DNA of 54,672 nt, counting the filler, from Sphacelaria rigidula (Eukaryota): NCBI GenBank assembly GCA_964200075.2. It is 5 parts of 5 records of this genome, joined end to end, with 100 filler letters (N's around TTAATTAATTAA, not from the genome) between each part and the next. Parts side by side here need not be neighbours in the genome. Positions count along the whole stretch, not along the records: positions 1 to 10,855 come from CAXNAA020005785.1; positions 10,956 to 21,810 come from CAXNAA020005786.1; 3 more parts are not named here. One strand, given 5' to 3'. The notes under the pieces are model-generated. The model was not told where the DNA came from. It did no database searches and saw only the letters and a list, made by a program, of their open reading frames with translations. Both the position numbers and the translations under genes were made by a program. Shown here piece after piece: positions 1 through 11,990 of the stretch. Position 1 is the stretch's first letter. The number at the start of each line of letters is the position of its first letter.

Positions 1-436
1 CCAAAAAATTCATTGGCATTTTTTGGCGGCAATTGCTACCGACAGACGGCTCACCAAATATCTTGATGACAGTAATAGCTGTTGATGGATAACTCACTTC
101 ATCTACTGATGACGGCAATGGCTATCGATGGATGGCTCACCAAACCTATTGATAACGACAGTGGCTATCGATGGATGGCTCACCAAACCTATTGATTATG
201 GCAATGGCTATCGAATCTATTACGGTACACCATTTCCATCGATGGCGAGTGATCTTCATCTATTGTGATTGCCATAGACTATCGATCGACTATTGCAAAA
301 TCTATTGTTTCTTGCAATGCATATCAATATATGTCTTTCACCATCTATCGTGTTCCATAATATATATCGATAGATTTTTCCCCGTGTCTATTGTGGAAGC
401 AATGAACTATTAGTGTGTCCATTGTCCAGGGTGTGG
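1..436. mobile_element. Right end of a TIR element (CCACACCCTGGACAAT family) with internal ~45-bp tandem repeats
   Basis: Ends ATTGTCCAGGGTGTGG at 421-436, the same TIR as the short element at 10456-10595. Repeated GATGGATGGCTCACCAAACCTATTGAT units lie at ~127-200. Confidence 0.55.
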
Positions 437-499
437 GAACAGTGCAGCTCTACAGCGATGCGGCTGTGCAGTGCTGCCTATCTTCTCGGTTGGTCACCA

Positions 500-929
500 T
501 GTCGTGGTCTGATCACGAGGTGATACTGGCGTCACTCTCAAAGAACACGCCCGGCCAGGGGTGACACGAGGTCGGCGGCTGGCCACATTGAACAATCGCA
601 GTCGAGAGGAATGACCCTTGAGGTCGTGAGTAACAGACCATCGAGTCCGATAAGCACTGCATCGCAAGGCCAAGCAGGGACTCACTTTCACGTGCAGAAG
701 AGGCGCTCTTGACTTGCTTGCAAGCGAGATGTCTCCAAGTGGTGGCTGATAGCTCTGTTAGTAATCAGTCCTGGCTAGGTAGCTGAAACACGAGTGACCG
801 GGCTGGGTTGATGCTGCAACACCCGACTGGAATATAACCACACTAACGTACAGCTGGAATACGACCTATCGCCCATATCGCCCTCATCGAGAACGCCTTC
901 TATATAAGCGACTGATATCCGCCGTCACA
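500..929 (-). mobile_element. LTR (~430 bp) of an LTR retrotransposon
   Basis: On the minus strand it begins TGTGAC (929) and ends ACGACA (500), giving TG...CA termini. It is preceded directly by a polypurine tract AGAGAGGGGGA (940-930). Confidence 0.65.
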
Positions 930-3240
930 TCCCCCTCTCTTGCTTTGTGTGCGCTGTAATGCAAAGAAGGGAATGCCCCGACTTATTTTATACCAAAAAA
1001 GATCCACTCAGATAATATGTGCCAACAGCCTAAAATCGACGAGAAAAGCGCGGAATTTCAGGGCTAGCGATGACCACGGGAAAAACTCGTCATGAACTCA
1101 AAAGATGGGTCAAACCTGGTATTCAGGGAAAAAGCCTCATCGTTTGGGGGGAAATTCTCTCACGCCCTTTCGGATCATAGCGCGTGCTTTCGCATGTGCT
1201 ATGTCGTCCCGGGATCCCAGTTACACTGGAAGCAGAAACCACTGAGAATAGCCAAAACCTATCCTCAGGTGGTAACGGCGGTAAGACACCCGTTATCGAT
1301 TAGATCGATCCTGGGTAGTGTGGGACTCGCAAAAATCTGACCCACTAAAAAAAAACAAGAAAGCGCTTACTAGTTGATGGGAGTGCGCAGGCTTATCTCT
1401 CACCAACCAGCAGCACTGACCTACTGGACACCGGGGGACTCCTACATCTTAGATCAACAGTTCCGTCATGGTACAGTGTCCAAGCAGGTACTCGGTGACC
1501 ACCCTTTTTGTATAATGCTTACTCCACGATATGAATTGCTCTACTCGAGAGGGGTGGGGCAGCCTAAAACGCGGATCAACGTTCTCCGAGGACAAAGAAA
1601 CGTGATGAACGAACCGAGTACGTGAAACAAAGCGTGGGATCAGGTCTGACAAAACCAAGAAATAAATAATCCTCATGGAATGCAAGACCGGAAAGAAAAC
1701 AAAGAGCGGAGCAAGATCACTCCGCGAAAAGGTGGAAAGGAAAAGAGAAGGCAAAACATAGTGCTGGAGGAATGAACCAGGCCCGCAACAAAAGGAGTAG
1801 GGGAGAAAGGAAACTGAAACATGCAGGAAAACTAGAAAGGACATACCTCGTCTATAGTACGACAAAGAGCAACTCATGAAACATGAGAACAACGAGGAAT
1901 AAAAAGAACTGACACGAGAAAGAGGACCAAGTCCAACGAAAGCAACAGAGACAAAACGGTTGAGGGAAAAAAAATGGAATTCAGACTCGAAAACCGAACA
2001 GCGAAAAAAATGAGGGCCTAAGGAGGAAGTTGACCAAAAAAACGAGCCAAGCAAATCGAGAAAGTAGTCTCCCCCCCAAAAGTTAAGATCCGAATCAGCT
2101 GTTCCAATGAAAAGAAAGAAACAGTACTGAACTGCTGCTCATTACTATATAAAAAACACAAACACAAATACAAATACAATACAAATACAAAGCGCTGGTC
2201 GCTCCTGTAATGCGCCACAAAACGGTCTCCTGCTCTTCCCTTCGTACAATATTATGATTTTCTCTGCTTCGTTTGCTCAATGCCATCGGCTCGCTCGTCT
2301 GAGCCACTTGCTGGAGAGCGTCTGGGCCACTTGCTGGAGCTCTTCACTCGAAGACTCCACGCAGTCTTCGTCGTCTCATCACTCTTCCGACGCATTCACC
2401 GTCGTCGAACACTTGTCTTTTTTGCTGAGCTCCGTCAAAATCTTCTCGGAATGCGAAACCTATGGGGAACAAGATCAGAACATCACTGCGCGACAGAGGG
2501 ACATGGCTTGCTCGGGCGGGATGGCATACTTGATGCCTTGGCTGGGTGGTGCAGATGCCAAAGGGTATGGAACCTGTCCACTCGGGAAGCATCAGGCTTT
2601 CCAGGACTCTGCTTCCTGGTAGCCCCTCTGACATTGCTCCATCCTGGAAGTTTGCTCGCTATTTCCAACCTGTTTTTTCGCGTGGGAGATCTGACGCTTC
2701 GGGAAGCGATGCCTTCTTTTAGTCACCTGTCCAAATGGGTGACACTCCACGCCAAACTCTTCGCCTCTGTTCAGCGAATCTCTCGAGGGGCACCGGAAGT
2801 TAGGCATATTCTGCAGGAGTTCTGACTACCCCGTTGACTTGTTTTGATGGTTGTGGAAAATCAATTGGGGTTGAGAAGCAAGGTCAAGTGCCTGCAGATG
2901 TATGTGTATGTGAGTGAAACATGACCTCAATTGTTGGCAAGTTGATCACCTCGTCCCATTGGTCTATCGCACGCCCCTACCTGATGGCCGTTTGGCGACT
3001 GCTTGACCTCTTGGGCCTCCTACAACGACATATCAGCACATCTTGCCTGATATCTTTCGTACTTGTTGACGAAAGGGAGCGGTCACGCATCGTGAAAAGG
3101 GTGGTGCCTACTGCTAAATTTTCGAGTGCTAATCATTATTGTGGAACCGCAGACGGGTCCTCAGCATCGACTCCCAGGTATCACTTTTATTTCGTACTCA
3201 AATCGCCTCTCACCTACCGTTTCGGCAGTCGTTTTCCCCT
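930..3240 (-). mobile_element. Degenerate Ty3/gypsy internal region (3' end of pol, chromodomain-like tail, 3' UTR, PPT)
   Basis: Minus-strand translation at ~2670-2540, across a stop and a frameshift, gives GWK*RANFQDGAMSEGLPGSRVLESLMLPE/DRFHTLWHLHHP. From memory this resembles the C-terminal chromo-like domain of algal gypsy pol. It lies upstream of the PPT and LTR in the same orientation. Confidence 0.5.
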
Positions 3241-3250
3241 CAGGTCCATT

Positions 3251-4075
3251 GATTATGTGGGGATTTCAGAAACAGTTGAAGGATTGCAAAGACAGATAGA
3301 CAAGGCGCAAGAATACACTAGGCAATGGAGAGTGGTAGCGAACAGCTAAGGAGAGTGATAGCAAGTGTGAAAATATGCGCGATACTCGTCTGTAACGAGG
3401 ATGAGAAAAATTCACTGGGGTTCAGGTGGAAGTGGGAAGGAGAGGAAATAAATGTCGATTCTAGACCAATATACATACCTTGGCGTAAAGACCTCAACAC
3501 ACTGTTCTTCGAATGCACAAATTGACAAGGTAATGTAAGGATCAGGCACAGATAGGAAGGATGAACGTGATCCTCAGAGACCCGCACCCAGACACCAGGA
3601 TTGAGATATGTATCCTGACGAACTTGATCGTACCACAGCTGGAATACGCAGGAGAAGTATGGGAATGGAACGTGAAATTGGTGAAGAAGCTAGAAACAGT
3701 ACAGAGAGCAGCAACCAAGAAGATATTTGGATGCTTGGACCTGCCGGAAAGATAAATTGATTGATTGACTCATTGTCGCACTTCCACTGACCCCCCAGGG
3801 GTCCAGCCGTGGTCTCATGATAGACGTACCCACGAATAACGAAACCAAAAGACGCTCTGAGAAAAGGGAGGAACAGAAAAGAGAGAAAAGTATACCAGTA
3901 ATCGGAAAGAGGACGAAGTTGATAGACAAAACTACCTTTGTGGCAAAGTAATCGAGAGTAGAAGTCATAAAATGACGCAATGTGAACTGTACAAGGAGGA
4001 GCAGCACGTGCTGGAGGGGGAAATGCGAGACGTGGACGAAGGAGGCATGAAATCGTCTGATGTATTAGCTATGTA
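3251..4075 (+). mobile_element. 5'-truncated, decayed non-LTR retrotransposon (LINE) reverse-transcriptase C-terminal fragment
   Basis: Frameshifted ORF pieces read DYVGISETVEGLQRQIDKAQEYTRQWRV, VKICAILVCNEDEKNSLGFRWKWEGEEI, YTYLG and ILTNLIVPQLEYAGEVWEWNVKLVKKLETVQRAATKKIFGC. These match the post-YADD RT/thumb region of LINEs. An insertion interrupts it at ~3750-4000. Confidence 0.8.
3754..3850 (+). repeat. Dispersed repeat inserted in the LINE (second copy at ~9697-9800)
   Basis: Shared motif ATTGATT...TGACCCCCCAGGG...CATGA(T/C)AGACGTACCC followed by an A-rich tail. Confidence 0.55.
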
Positions 4076-4127
4076 AAAGGTTTTTGCGCAGAGTATGAGA
4101 GAAACGTAATGAGCTATGGAAGAAGCG

Positions 4128-4253
4128 TAATGCGCGCCGGAATGTTGGAGGTGTCTCTATTAGGAGTAGGAGCGGTGCTCCGTCTCGAAAGGGATGCGTG
4201 GTCAATGGTCAAACGACTATTAATAAGGCAAGCAACAAACGAGTACCCCCCCC
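4128..4253 (-). repeat. Poly-G-headed dispersed repeat family A (other copies ~11025-11100 +, 16463-16540 +, 32942-33055 +, 40049-40090 -)
   Basis: Shared core GGGGGGTACTC(A/G)TTTGTTGCTTGCCT...GACCATTGACCACGCATCCCTTTCGAGACGGAGCACCG. Confidence 0.75.
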
Positions 4254-4941
4254 GGCTCTCCCCCGCCCTCTCTTCCGTCGCCTGGTCATGTACCATCAAC
4301 ATAACGGATTCACCTCGATCATTACAAAGATTAACCACGGTAATAGCTCAATCGCTTGGGTACAACAGCACATTTCGGAAAAAGGTCGCAGCTTGGCATT
4401 CCCGCCGCTCATTCGGGGGAGGGGGGGCAATTTCTCTTGTTTACGGTCGGGTGTCGATGGTCGACTCGGAGCACTAGACAAAATCACGACATCTTCGTCA
4501 GTGCCGTGTCGCAGACTTTGTGGCCAAAACAGCTGAGACCTCCTTCATTTGTGTAGCGATAATGTTATAGGGTCCTTCTAAACTGCTTCCGAACATGTAG
4601 AGATCTTGACTGGAGGAGCATCCATACATGAATATCAAGCAGAATTTTTTAGCTTGTGTTCACATGAATGTGGATACTAACGATAGCAAAGAACACACTT
4701 TACACTCAAAAGGGGGGGGTAAACGTGCTTCAGCTCAAGAGGTGCTTGTCGTGAGGTGGTGTGTACGGAGAAACTGTTCCGAAATTAGCACCACCTTTCT
4801 GGCTGTGCGTGTATTTTCAACAACAGATATGTATGTGTACACATAGAGAGAGTACACACCAAGGGTTGTTTTTCTTGAGATATCAAGGAACGGTCCCGTT
4901 CAGCTGTAGGTGTAAGGTACCGCCCCCCCTCGGTTCTTTGA

Positions 4942-4995
4942 TGCGCGGTCAATGGTCTTATGACCATGGCATGCATGATCATGCGTACACCCCCC
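4942..4995 (-). repeat. Poly-G-headed dispersed repeat family B (other copies ~8532-8630 +, 10100-10160 -, 34785-34835 -, 47784-47885 +)
   Basis: Shared core GGGGTGTACTCATGATC(A/T)TGCATGCCAT(A/G)GTCAT..GACCATTGACC.CGCATC. Confidence 0.7.
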
Positions 4996-5222
4996 TTCGG
5001 TTCTTTGATCTGGCACCTTGTGTCAAACGACGCCGTGCACGACCCGCAAAGTCGCCGAGGAAAAGCAGCCATCGGCAACATACTTTTTGTATATCAATGG
5101 TCACGAGAATAGTAGCAAGTTTCTCTGACAAGCTCTGTTACTGTAATATATCTCGACTGATCCTGAAACTTCAGGCTGGGAATTCGCGACGACGAAAGGA
5201 ACGACGACAATGACAACGACAC

Positions 5223-5225
<3 letters not shown>

Positions 5226-5256
<31 letters not shown>
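5226..5256 (+). repeat. (CAG)n microsatellite
   Basis: About 10 consecutive CAG units. Confidence 0.95.
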
Positions 5257-5257
<1 letters not shown>

Positions 5258-5309
5258 TAAACAGCAACAGCGAAATGGCAGCAACCATGCCCTAGGACCC
5301 GCCCGCATA

Positions 5310-5362
<53 letters not shown>

Positions 5363-5568
5363 CCACCACCCACAACACACCGCAACNNNNNNNNNNGGCC
5401 CCGCCCGCATATCCCCCCCCCCCTCCTCCCCCCTCCCCCTAGCAACGTCGACCGCAAAAATTATTGTTTTACTCCGTTACGCATCTGTGGTGCCGCATTT
5501 TTCACCTTACAGCCCCACTTTTGCCAGGGTTGAGGTCGAATGGCCCCGATGTTCCTCCTTCTCCACAG

Positions 5569-6501
5569 ATGCCCCCCACTATGTCGTCGACCGCCGCGCC
5601 TCGGGCACGAGGCGGTACTCGATCGGCCCCCCCTGCGCAAGGGAGACGCAGACAGCGCGCGTACCACAAGGTAAAGATTTATGCCTTGTATGATACAGAA
5701 GCACGTTTTGAAATGCCACAAGAACACGTAAAAAAGGTCGTGCCGATCAGTGAGTCCAAGGGCGCCGAGGACTGCAGGACCGCCATGTCGACGGCCGTCA
5801 CGCAGTCGGCAAAGGATCTCACACGGCGCCTGCTGAGGCGTGACCGCACGGGATTCGAGTCGGACGGCTGTGTGTTCGAGCACGACGTCCGGGACGTCCT
5901 TCTCCTGTCGGACTCTGCCGACATTATCAGAGTGAGGCTGAGGTCATCGTACGATCGCCTGACAGAGCTGAACCCGACCGTTCTCCAGTCGAGCCCGTAC
6001 GTCGTCTGTCCGCGGCTGGCCATGCTCCACACGAATGGCGCGGTCGCGGAAACTAAACCTCAGCGGTGCTGGCGGTGCTCCATCCCATCCAGTTCATGGC
6101 GCACATGAAGAACCTGACGCGTAGCGGCAGATGCGAGAACTGGGAGACAATCGGGCAGGACGCGGCGGGCGCCGTGAGGAGACATTTTCCGCACGAAATG
6201 CTACTTGCCGTTGCTGTGGGGTGTGGCGAGCAGGGCAGAGCGTTGGCCCCTACCGGCGTGTTGAAGCTGTGGGTAATGCCAGTGGAGATGAACAAGGACG
6301 GCGTCACCGTGGCGTTGGCGACAACTGTCGACTCTTTCGAGCACGTGACGGCGGGGGTGACAGAGCCTGTTTGCGGTGTGAGGGCATGGAACCTTGTCAA
6401 GGTCGATCGCAGCGTGCGATCGCCGTTCTCCAGGAAAAAATAATTGGGGAGCAGAAGTGGAGAAGGTCGCGAGCGCGTGCAACGCCTCGCTCGTGTCGTA
6501 A
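5569..6501 (+). CDS. Hypothetical intronless protein (~290-310 aa) with one or two frameshifts; gene or recent pseudogene
   Basis: GC3-rich, protein-like reading from ATG 5569 (preceded by a pyrimidine tract plus CAG) to ~6060. It continues in the 6066-6443 frame (AVLAVLHPIQFMAHMKNL...) and may return to the first frame at an A6 run (NNWGAEVEKVASACNASLVS*, stop at 6501). No family recognised. Confidence 0.55.
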
Positions 6502-7210
6502 ATATTGCGATGCCGTTGTAATTTTCGAGTATGATGCTGTCGGCCTGAAAATATTGCAATGCTGTTGATCGATATGGATTGGTTGATTCCAGCACATTCA
6601 TTGGTCAGTCAAAGCGTACCCAAGGTGTATGTATGTAAATGTGGGGGGAAACAAGCGCCAAAGAAAACTCGAACAAAGGGGGGCGGACGGGAAAAAAGAA
6701 GAAAAATAGAGGGGAAACGAACCGAGTAGGCTCGTACATGCAGTCAAGCGTGTTGACTTTACGGCGTTTTGTACATGCGCGTCACGCAGAATAATAATGC
6801 ATTTGTTGTTCTGCTTTTTCTTTCGTCTTTTTCTTGCCTTCTGCTTTCTCCCCCCCCCTCCCCCTCTTACCCCTCCCCCCTTGCTCTCTCTCTCTCTCTT
6901 TCTCTCTCTTTGTTCCTTTTCTCTTTATTTTTTTCTTCAAACATTATCATCAAGCGTTTGTGTGTCGACCCCGCAGATTTTGTCAGTGAGAACTTCCGCA
7001 CAACTTTGTGTGGTCTCCAGATAGCTGAGGTGCAACTGACTTACACGACCCTATTTTTTGCACGACCTCCTTACGTTGCCTCAAGCCATGCGGCGTGGTC
7101 TATCGGATGTTTTTACCGCATGGCTTGAGACACTACACTAGGTCGTAGACCGGCATGTTTCTTGCTCCTCGATCCCTCGCTTGTGCGTTCTTCGTTTTTT
7201 TCTGTCAGCG

Positions 7211-7213
<3 letters not shown>

Positions 7214-7266
<53 letters not shown>
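7214..7266 (+). repeat. (TG)n microsatellite
   Basis: About 26 TG units. Confidence 0.95.
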
Positions 7267-7268
<2 letters not shown>

Positions 7269-9930
7269 CTCTTTGATCTTCGCCTTCACCATTATTGCCC
7301 CTTATCGGATGTTCTTCATCGCGTCTTTCCGTTTATTATCACGTCGGGGACACACATCTATCTGGAACGACTGCAGCTGGATCTGTGAACAGTGGATCAA
7401 ATGATGCCCGAAACCGTTTGCTCAATTAATAAATCTGTCAAAAATTCTTGTCGCCGTGGCATCAATTCCGTGGTTCACACGCACAACATTCGGTCTTGAG
7501 AAACCAAAAGGAACAGAAGCAGGAGCAGGAGCATCGGCAGCAGCAGCGAAGGCGCTTTCTCGTGCCAAGTGCACGGACACAAAAGCGATCCTTTGCAGAA
7601 GACGCGTTCTAGTGCGTCATATTGTAGTAGCGCCAGTACATTCGATCTGTGCTGTCGCAAGAGTGCAAGCTACGAGAAAAGAAGGAGGAGAAAAGTAGAC
7701 GCACCGAGACGAACGTTCTACGACTTTTCGGCCCGAAAATGATGACTATTTCCATTGCATTCGCCCTTATTCTTTGACCCACCACCATGAACAAAGATGC
7801 TCCTCTGGCAATAACGCATACAATCACACACACATATATATATATGTATATACATGACCTTGGACATGCCTATCCTATCTTGTGATAATAGCTGGATGCC
7901 TCGGTCATCATCATCGGTCATCGCTGAATGTGCGACTCCTCTGATGGGGGGCCGGACATTGCGGTGGCGAACTGTAGAGTGTGTTGTCATTGTCCAACAC
8001 CAACAAAAGAAAACACTTGGTAAACGCAGATAGATCTCACCTGTGGAATGAACACGGGAAGCAGTACGATCGTTTTGATTGGAAAGCGAAATGATCGTCA
8101 GGAGCAAGCAAGATAGTTGTATGCTGTAATGGTTCAGTGGTACAGTACAGTACTTCATATGCATCGAAAACACATCCCGAGGCTTCCACAGTGGGGGGGG
8201 AAAGAGGGAGAAAGAACACAGCCATTCGATAAAATAAACGCAAAGTGGAGGATGACAGAAGAGCAGAAGTGGAACAATGTCATGCCGGGTGGACAAGGCA
8301 TTTTTGTTTCTCCCCGCGTTTGATTGTCCCGCGCGCGAACATCTCGGACAACAAAATATAAATGGAACAGCTGAAATGATTGGAATTGGGCACCCTCGTG
8401 AACGTGACAAAACCGGAGACTATCCGAAGGGGTGAACCAGTTTCATGTAAATCAGGGACAGGCGATGCCGAGGGGGGGTAACATCCCCGCGGATTTGCGC
8501 AAGGCAGTGGTTTTGGCTGTGGAGGGGGCAGGGTGGGTGTACTCATGATCTTGCATGCCATGGTCATATGACCATCAACCTCACATCCTTACGAAGCCGG
8601 GACGGAGCACGCCGGGTTTTCGCCGGACCAGGCTCGCAATCAATCACCAAACGCGAAGCGCCGTGGTGTGTTCGAGGGGGGAGGGGGGGAGTTATCCGGT
8701 GCCGTGTGAAATGAAAAACGGTGAAGGATAAGAGGAGGAGGTTGTGTCCTAGGGCTCCGGAAAATCGTATGTACCAGGGGTGCACTAGGACACACACGCA
8801 CATACACACAAAGGCAATCACTTGTTCGTAGGGCGATGTCTGGCTATCGGTGTCATCGATTGCTCCGTGTTGTGTGCGGGCTGTTCTTGCCCGAAGGTGG
8901 ATCGCACTACGGTGACGAGTGAGCGACGACCACTCTTACTATAAAACAGAACATACGTATACAGGTACTTCAATTTCAGCTGCTGAAGGGCTCCTGCACG
9001 TTTCACGTGAACCGAAATCACACGAAACTTGGAAATAAGAAGTGGACATATAGATAGAAACGCATGGGCTTGAGATGGGCACTGTACACCGCCTTGGGTC
9101 GGAAACGACACAAAGTCAGCAAAAGCTGAAAAATAACAAGCCCGCGTAGCGATAATAATACGGAGTCAGCAAATTGAAGGTCATGAAACAGGCAAATGAC
9201 GTGAACATCCGTGCACACATGCACACGTGCACACATGCACACGTGCACACGTACATTGCAGCTATCAAACGGGAGAGCAGCGCGTACTGTACAACACTAC
9301 AGAATGTTGTTATATTCAAGGTCTTCGGCGGCGCTCAATGGATCGAGTTCCAAGATGCATGAGAACTGGCGGTAGTACGCGATCTTATCCTGAGTACACT
9401 ACACTACAGTACAGTTTAGTATATCACTGCACGGTTGATAATGTCCACCAAGCCACAGACATCACAGCTCAGGGTCTACAACTGTAGGGTCCAGCACTGC
9501 TTCTAGTGTGTCGTTGAAACCCCGTATGCCCCAGCACGCAAACATGGACAGCAACATCTGAGAGCACCGAGCAAACCCCTCGGTCGTCCTGCTTTCCGGG
9601 ACGACAGCGCACAATGCATCGAACGGAACACATCGCACCGCCAAATAAGGGTGAACGCTCACACCTCGAGTCGGTATCTGATCGATCGAACGACTCATTG
9701 ATTTATCGGTTGCCGCGCCCTCAATGACCCCCCAGGGATTTATCGCTTGTCACGATTCACATGACAGACGTACCCGAGATAAAACAAAATGGAAACACTC
9801 GCTGAACAAAAGTGATGAAAAACAGAATAGAGATGAACAACAGACAAACAGAGACTACTGAGAGAAAAACATGGAAGGAAAACTAGGAACGGCCGACCGC
9901 TGCAACATGGGTTCGGTGGAAAAGCACACA

Positions 9931-9975
9931 GTTACACACATACCCGTTACACACATACCCGTTACACACATACCC
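9931..9975 (+). repeat. 15-bp tandem repeat x3
   Basis: GTTACACACATACCC three times. Confidence 0.9.
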
Positions 9976-10455
9976 AATCAACAAAACAAAAGACCATGGC
10001 AGGAGATTGCGGCTCATTTATTCGACCACATTATTTGGAGTATGACAAGGGTATGTCGAGAGAAATTTTTGGGACACGGAGCCCCCCCCCCCCCTTTGTA
10101 GGGATGCGAGGTCAATGGTCTGATGACTATGGCATGCATGATCATGAGTACACCCCCCCCCACCCGTATGTTCGGAATCAAAATCATAGCTGCTTCGGGG
10201 TGTTTTGCGAGATTGTACATTTCGTGATGCATAAATTGGCTGATGGTTTACACGGTGTCAATGTGCTCCACATCGCATCCTTGCCCGAACAACCGCAACC
10301 CGACTACGGAAAAGCCAAGAAGCGAAAAAGTCTCTGGAACAGTGCCGCCCGCTCAACCTCCAGAGAAAAAAGACCGGCACGCACGATCAACGACCATGAT
10401 GCTACAGCAGATCCTCCGGAAGTGATAAATACATTTCGGCCCCAAACGGAAAAGT

Positions 10456-10595
10456 CCACACCCTGGACAATACAATACACAGTCAAAACGTGTACTGCGT
10501 ACAGTATCGACTATTGTGCCTATTGCAATAGACAATGGATTCCATACTGTACGCAGTACATTTTTTTACAAAAGGATCTATTGCCCAGGGTGTGG
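10456..10595. mobile_element. 140-bp MITE
   Basis: TIRs CCACACCCTGGACAATA ... TATTGCCCAGGGTGTGG. Confidence 0.7.
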
Positions 10596-10661
10596 TATGG
10601 TCTCTATATTTTAGCCGGAAAAATATATATATATATATTCGCGGGACAGGCATATGAAACT

Positions 10662-10787
10662 GCCGGTCGCCCCGGTGGCTCAGTTGGTAACCTCGATTCC
10701 TCCGGACGGTTGGGTCGTGGGATCGAATCTCGGAGCGATGTGGACTTTTCTCTAACACTATGCCCGACAGTGGACAGCGACCATGTG
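10662..10787 (+). mobile_element. tRNA-derived SINE-like repeat, 5' part
   Basis: GCCCCGGTGGCTCAGTTGGTA (Pol III A-box-like) and GGGATCGAATC (B-box-like), with no complete cloverleaf. At least six copies occur in the window. Confidence 0.7.
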
Positions 10788-10855
10788 TAGTAGTCAGCGT
10801 CAGAAGTTTTCAAAATTCGTTGTCGTCCTTTTTTCTGAGTTTTTCTGGAGTACCG

Positions 10856-10955
10856 NNNNNNNNNNNNNNNNNNNNNNNNNNNNNNNNNNNNNNNNNNNNT
10901 TAATTAATTAANNNNNNNNNNNNNNNNNNNNNNNNNNNNNNNNNNNNNNNNNNNN
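10856..10955. other. Artificial contig linker N44-TTAATTAATTAA-N44
   Basis: 100-nt spacer with stops in all six frames; identical spacers recur every ~10,954 nt. Confidence 0.98.
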
Positions 10956-11479
10956 GGGTGGTGTGGTGGGGGGTGGGGGTGGGGGGGGGGGGGGGGGGGG
11001 CGGGGGGTGGGGGGGGGGGGGTGGGGGGTGTACTCATTTGTTGCTTGCCTTAGTCGTTTGACCATTGACCATGCATCCCTTTCGAGACGAAGCACCGCGG
11101 GGGAAGAAGGGAGGGGTCGTTCAACTACTCTCATATCTGGACCTCATCGTAGAAGGAACGCTGCGCGCGAGGTTTAGACCGTAGGTTGGTTCATGGCTTT
11201 ATGGTGTTCTTTGCCGCTGGAATTGGACAGGCAAACGGACACACAAAGGCGAGGCCACGGGGGAATAGTCGGCTTTATTCCCGCAACCCTACGCCGAGCG
11301 GAAACGAAGCCGCAGATTCTCCGTCGCATACTAGCCGTATATGTTAAGAATGATGTCGGAGATGAACCCTCCGGGGACAAGAAGTGCTGCTAATACGGAC
11401 GTACCTGTATAATTCCCCGAGCGTGCTGCAAGTGTGGATCTTTGCAACGCGAACACAGTCCTCTTTTTTTTCGTGCTTG

Positions 11480-11990
11480 GCGTAGCCCTCGTGCAGCTCG
11501 TATGGGTTGAAAATCAGTCATCACTCTCTTGATGGAACCGGAGGCGATCGAAGCCGTGCGCGGGAGATGGAAGAGGGTGTATAGGGTACAGTTCGTGTCT
11601 GTTGTGAATCATTTGCTGTCAGTGCTCTCGGATGTCATCTTTCAAAGTCGGTTCTCTCGTGACGCAAGAGCCTGCCTTTAGTGTGGGAGGAGGAGGGGTT
11701 CTATGCCCAAAGCAGAGATACACATCAACGACTTTTGTTTCTCAACGATGAAGCAGCTGTCGATAACGTGAGCGCCATCGCTGTCGAGGAAAATCGACTT
11801 TTGGAACAGTTCGTGTTGAGGGGGATGTAGGACAATGATGAGGTGTTGGTTGAAAGGAATACTCGACTACAGTGTGACTGAGTGGGATCATCATCATCGA
11901 CAGTGCGTCCTCAGAGAACGAAGTGCCAGTGGAGACCCGGGACGAGGGAGAGGCCGGGAAGGGAAAGGGGGCATACTCGTGGCTGACATG
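11480..11990 (+). mobile_element. Highly decayed copia-like RNase H remnant plus PPT and LTR start
   Basis: GAGGGGGA followed by TGTAGGA at ~11818-11832. The upstream translation shows only faint RNase H-like resemblance. Confidence 0.3.

Noticed and set aside
1449..2054. 201-aa hydrophobic ORF
   Set aside because: Phe/Ser-rich translation of a purine-skewed retrotransposon 3' UTR; no recognisable domain.
5298..5425. Direct repeat CCCGCCCGCATATCCCCC on both sides of an 11-N gap
   Set aside because: Overlapping contig ends around a poly-C run; an assembly artefact.
9996..10790. 264-aa ORF
   Set aside because: Reads through three different repeats (family B, MITE, SINE); spurious.
10900..10911. 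TTAATTAATTAA palindrome recurring four times
   Set aside because: Synthetic six-frame stop linker inside N runs.
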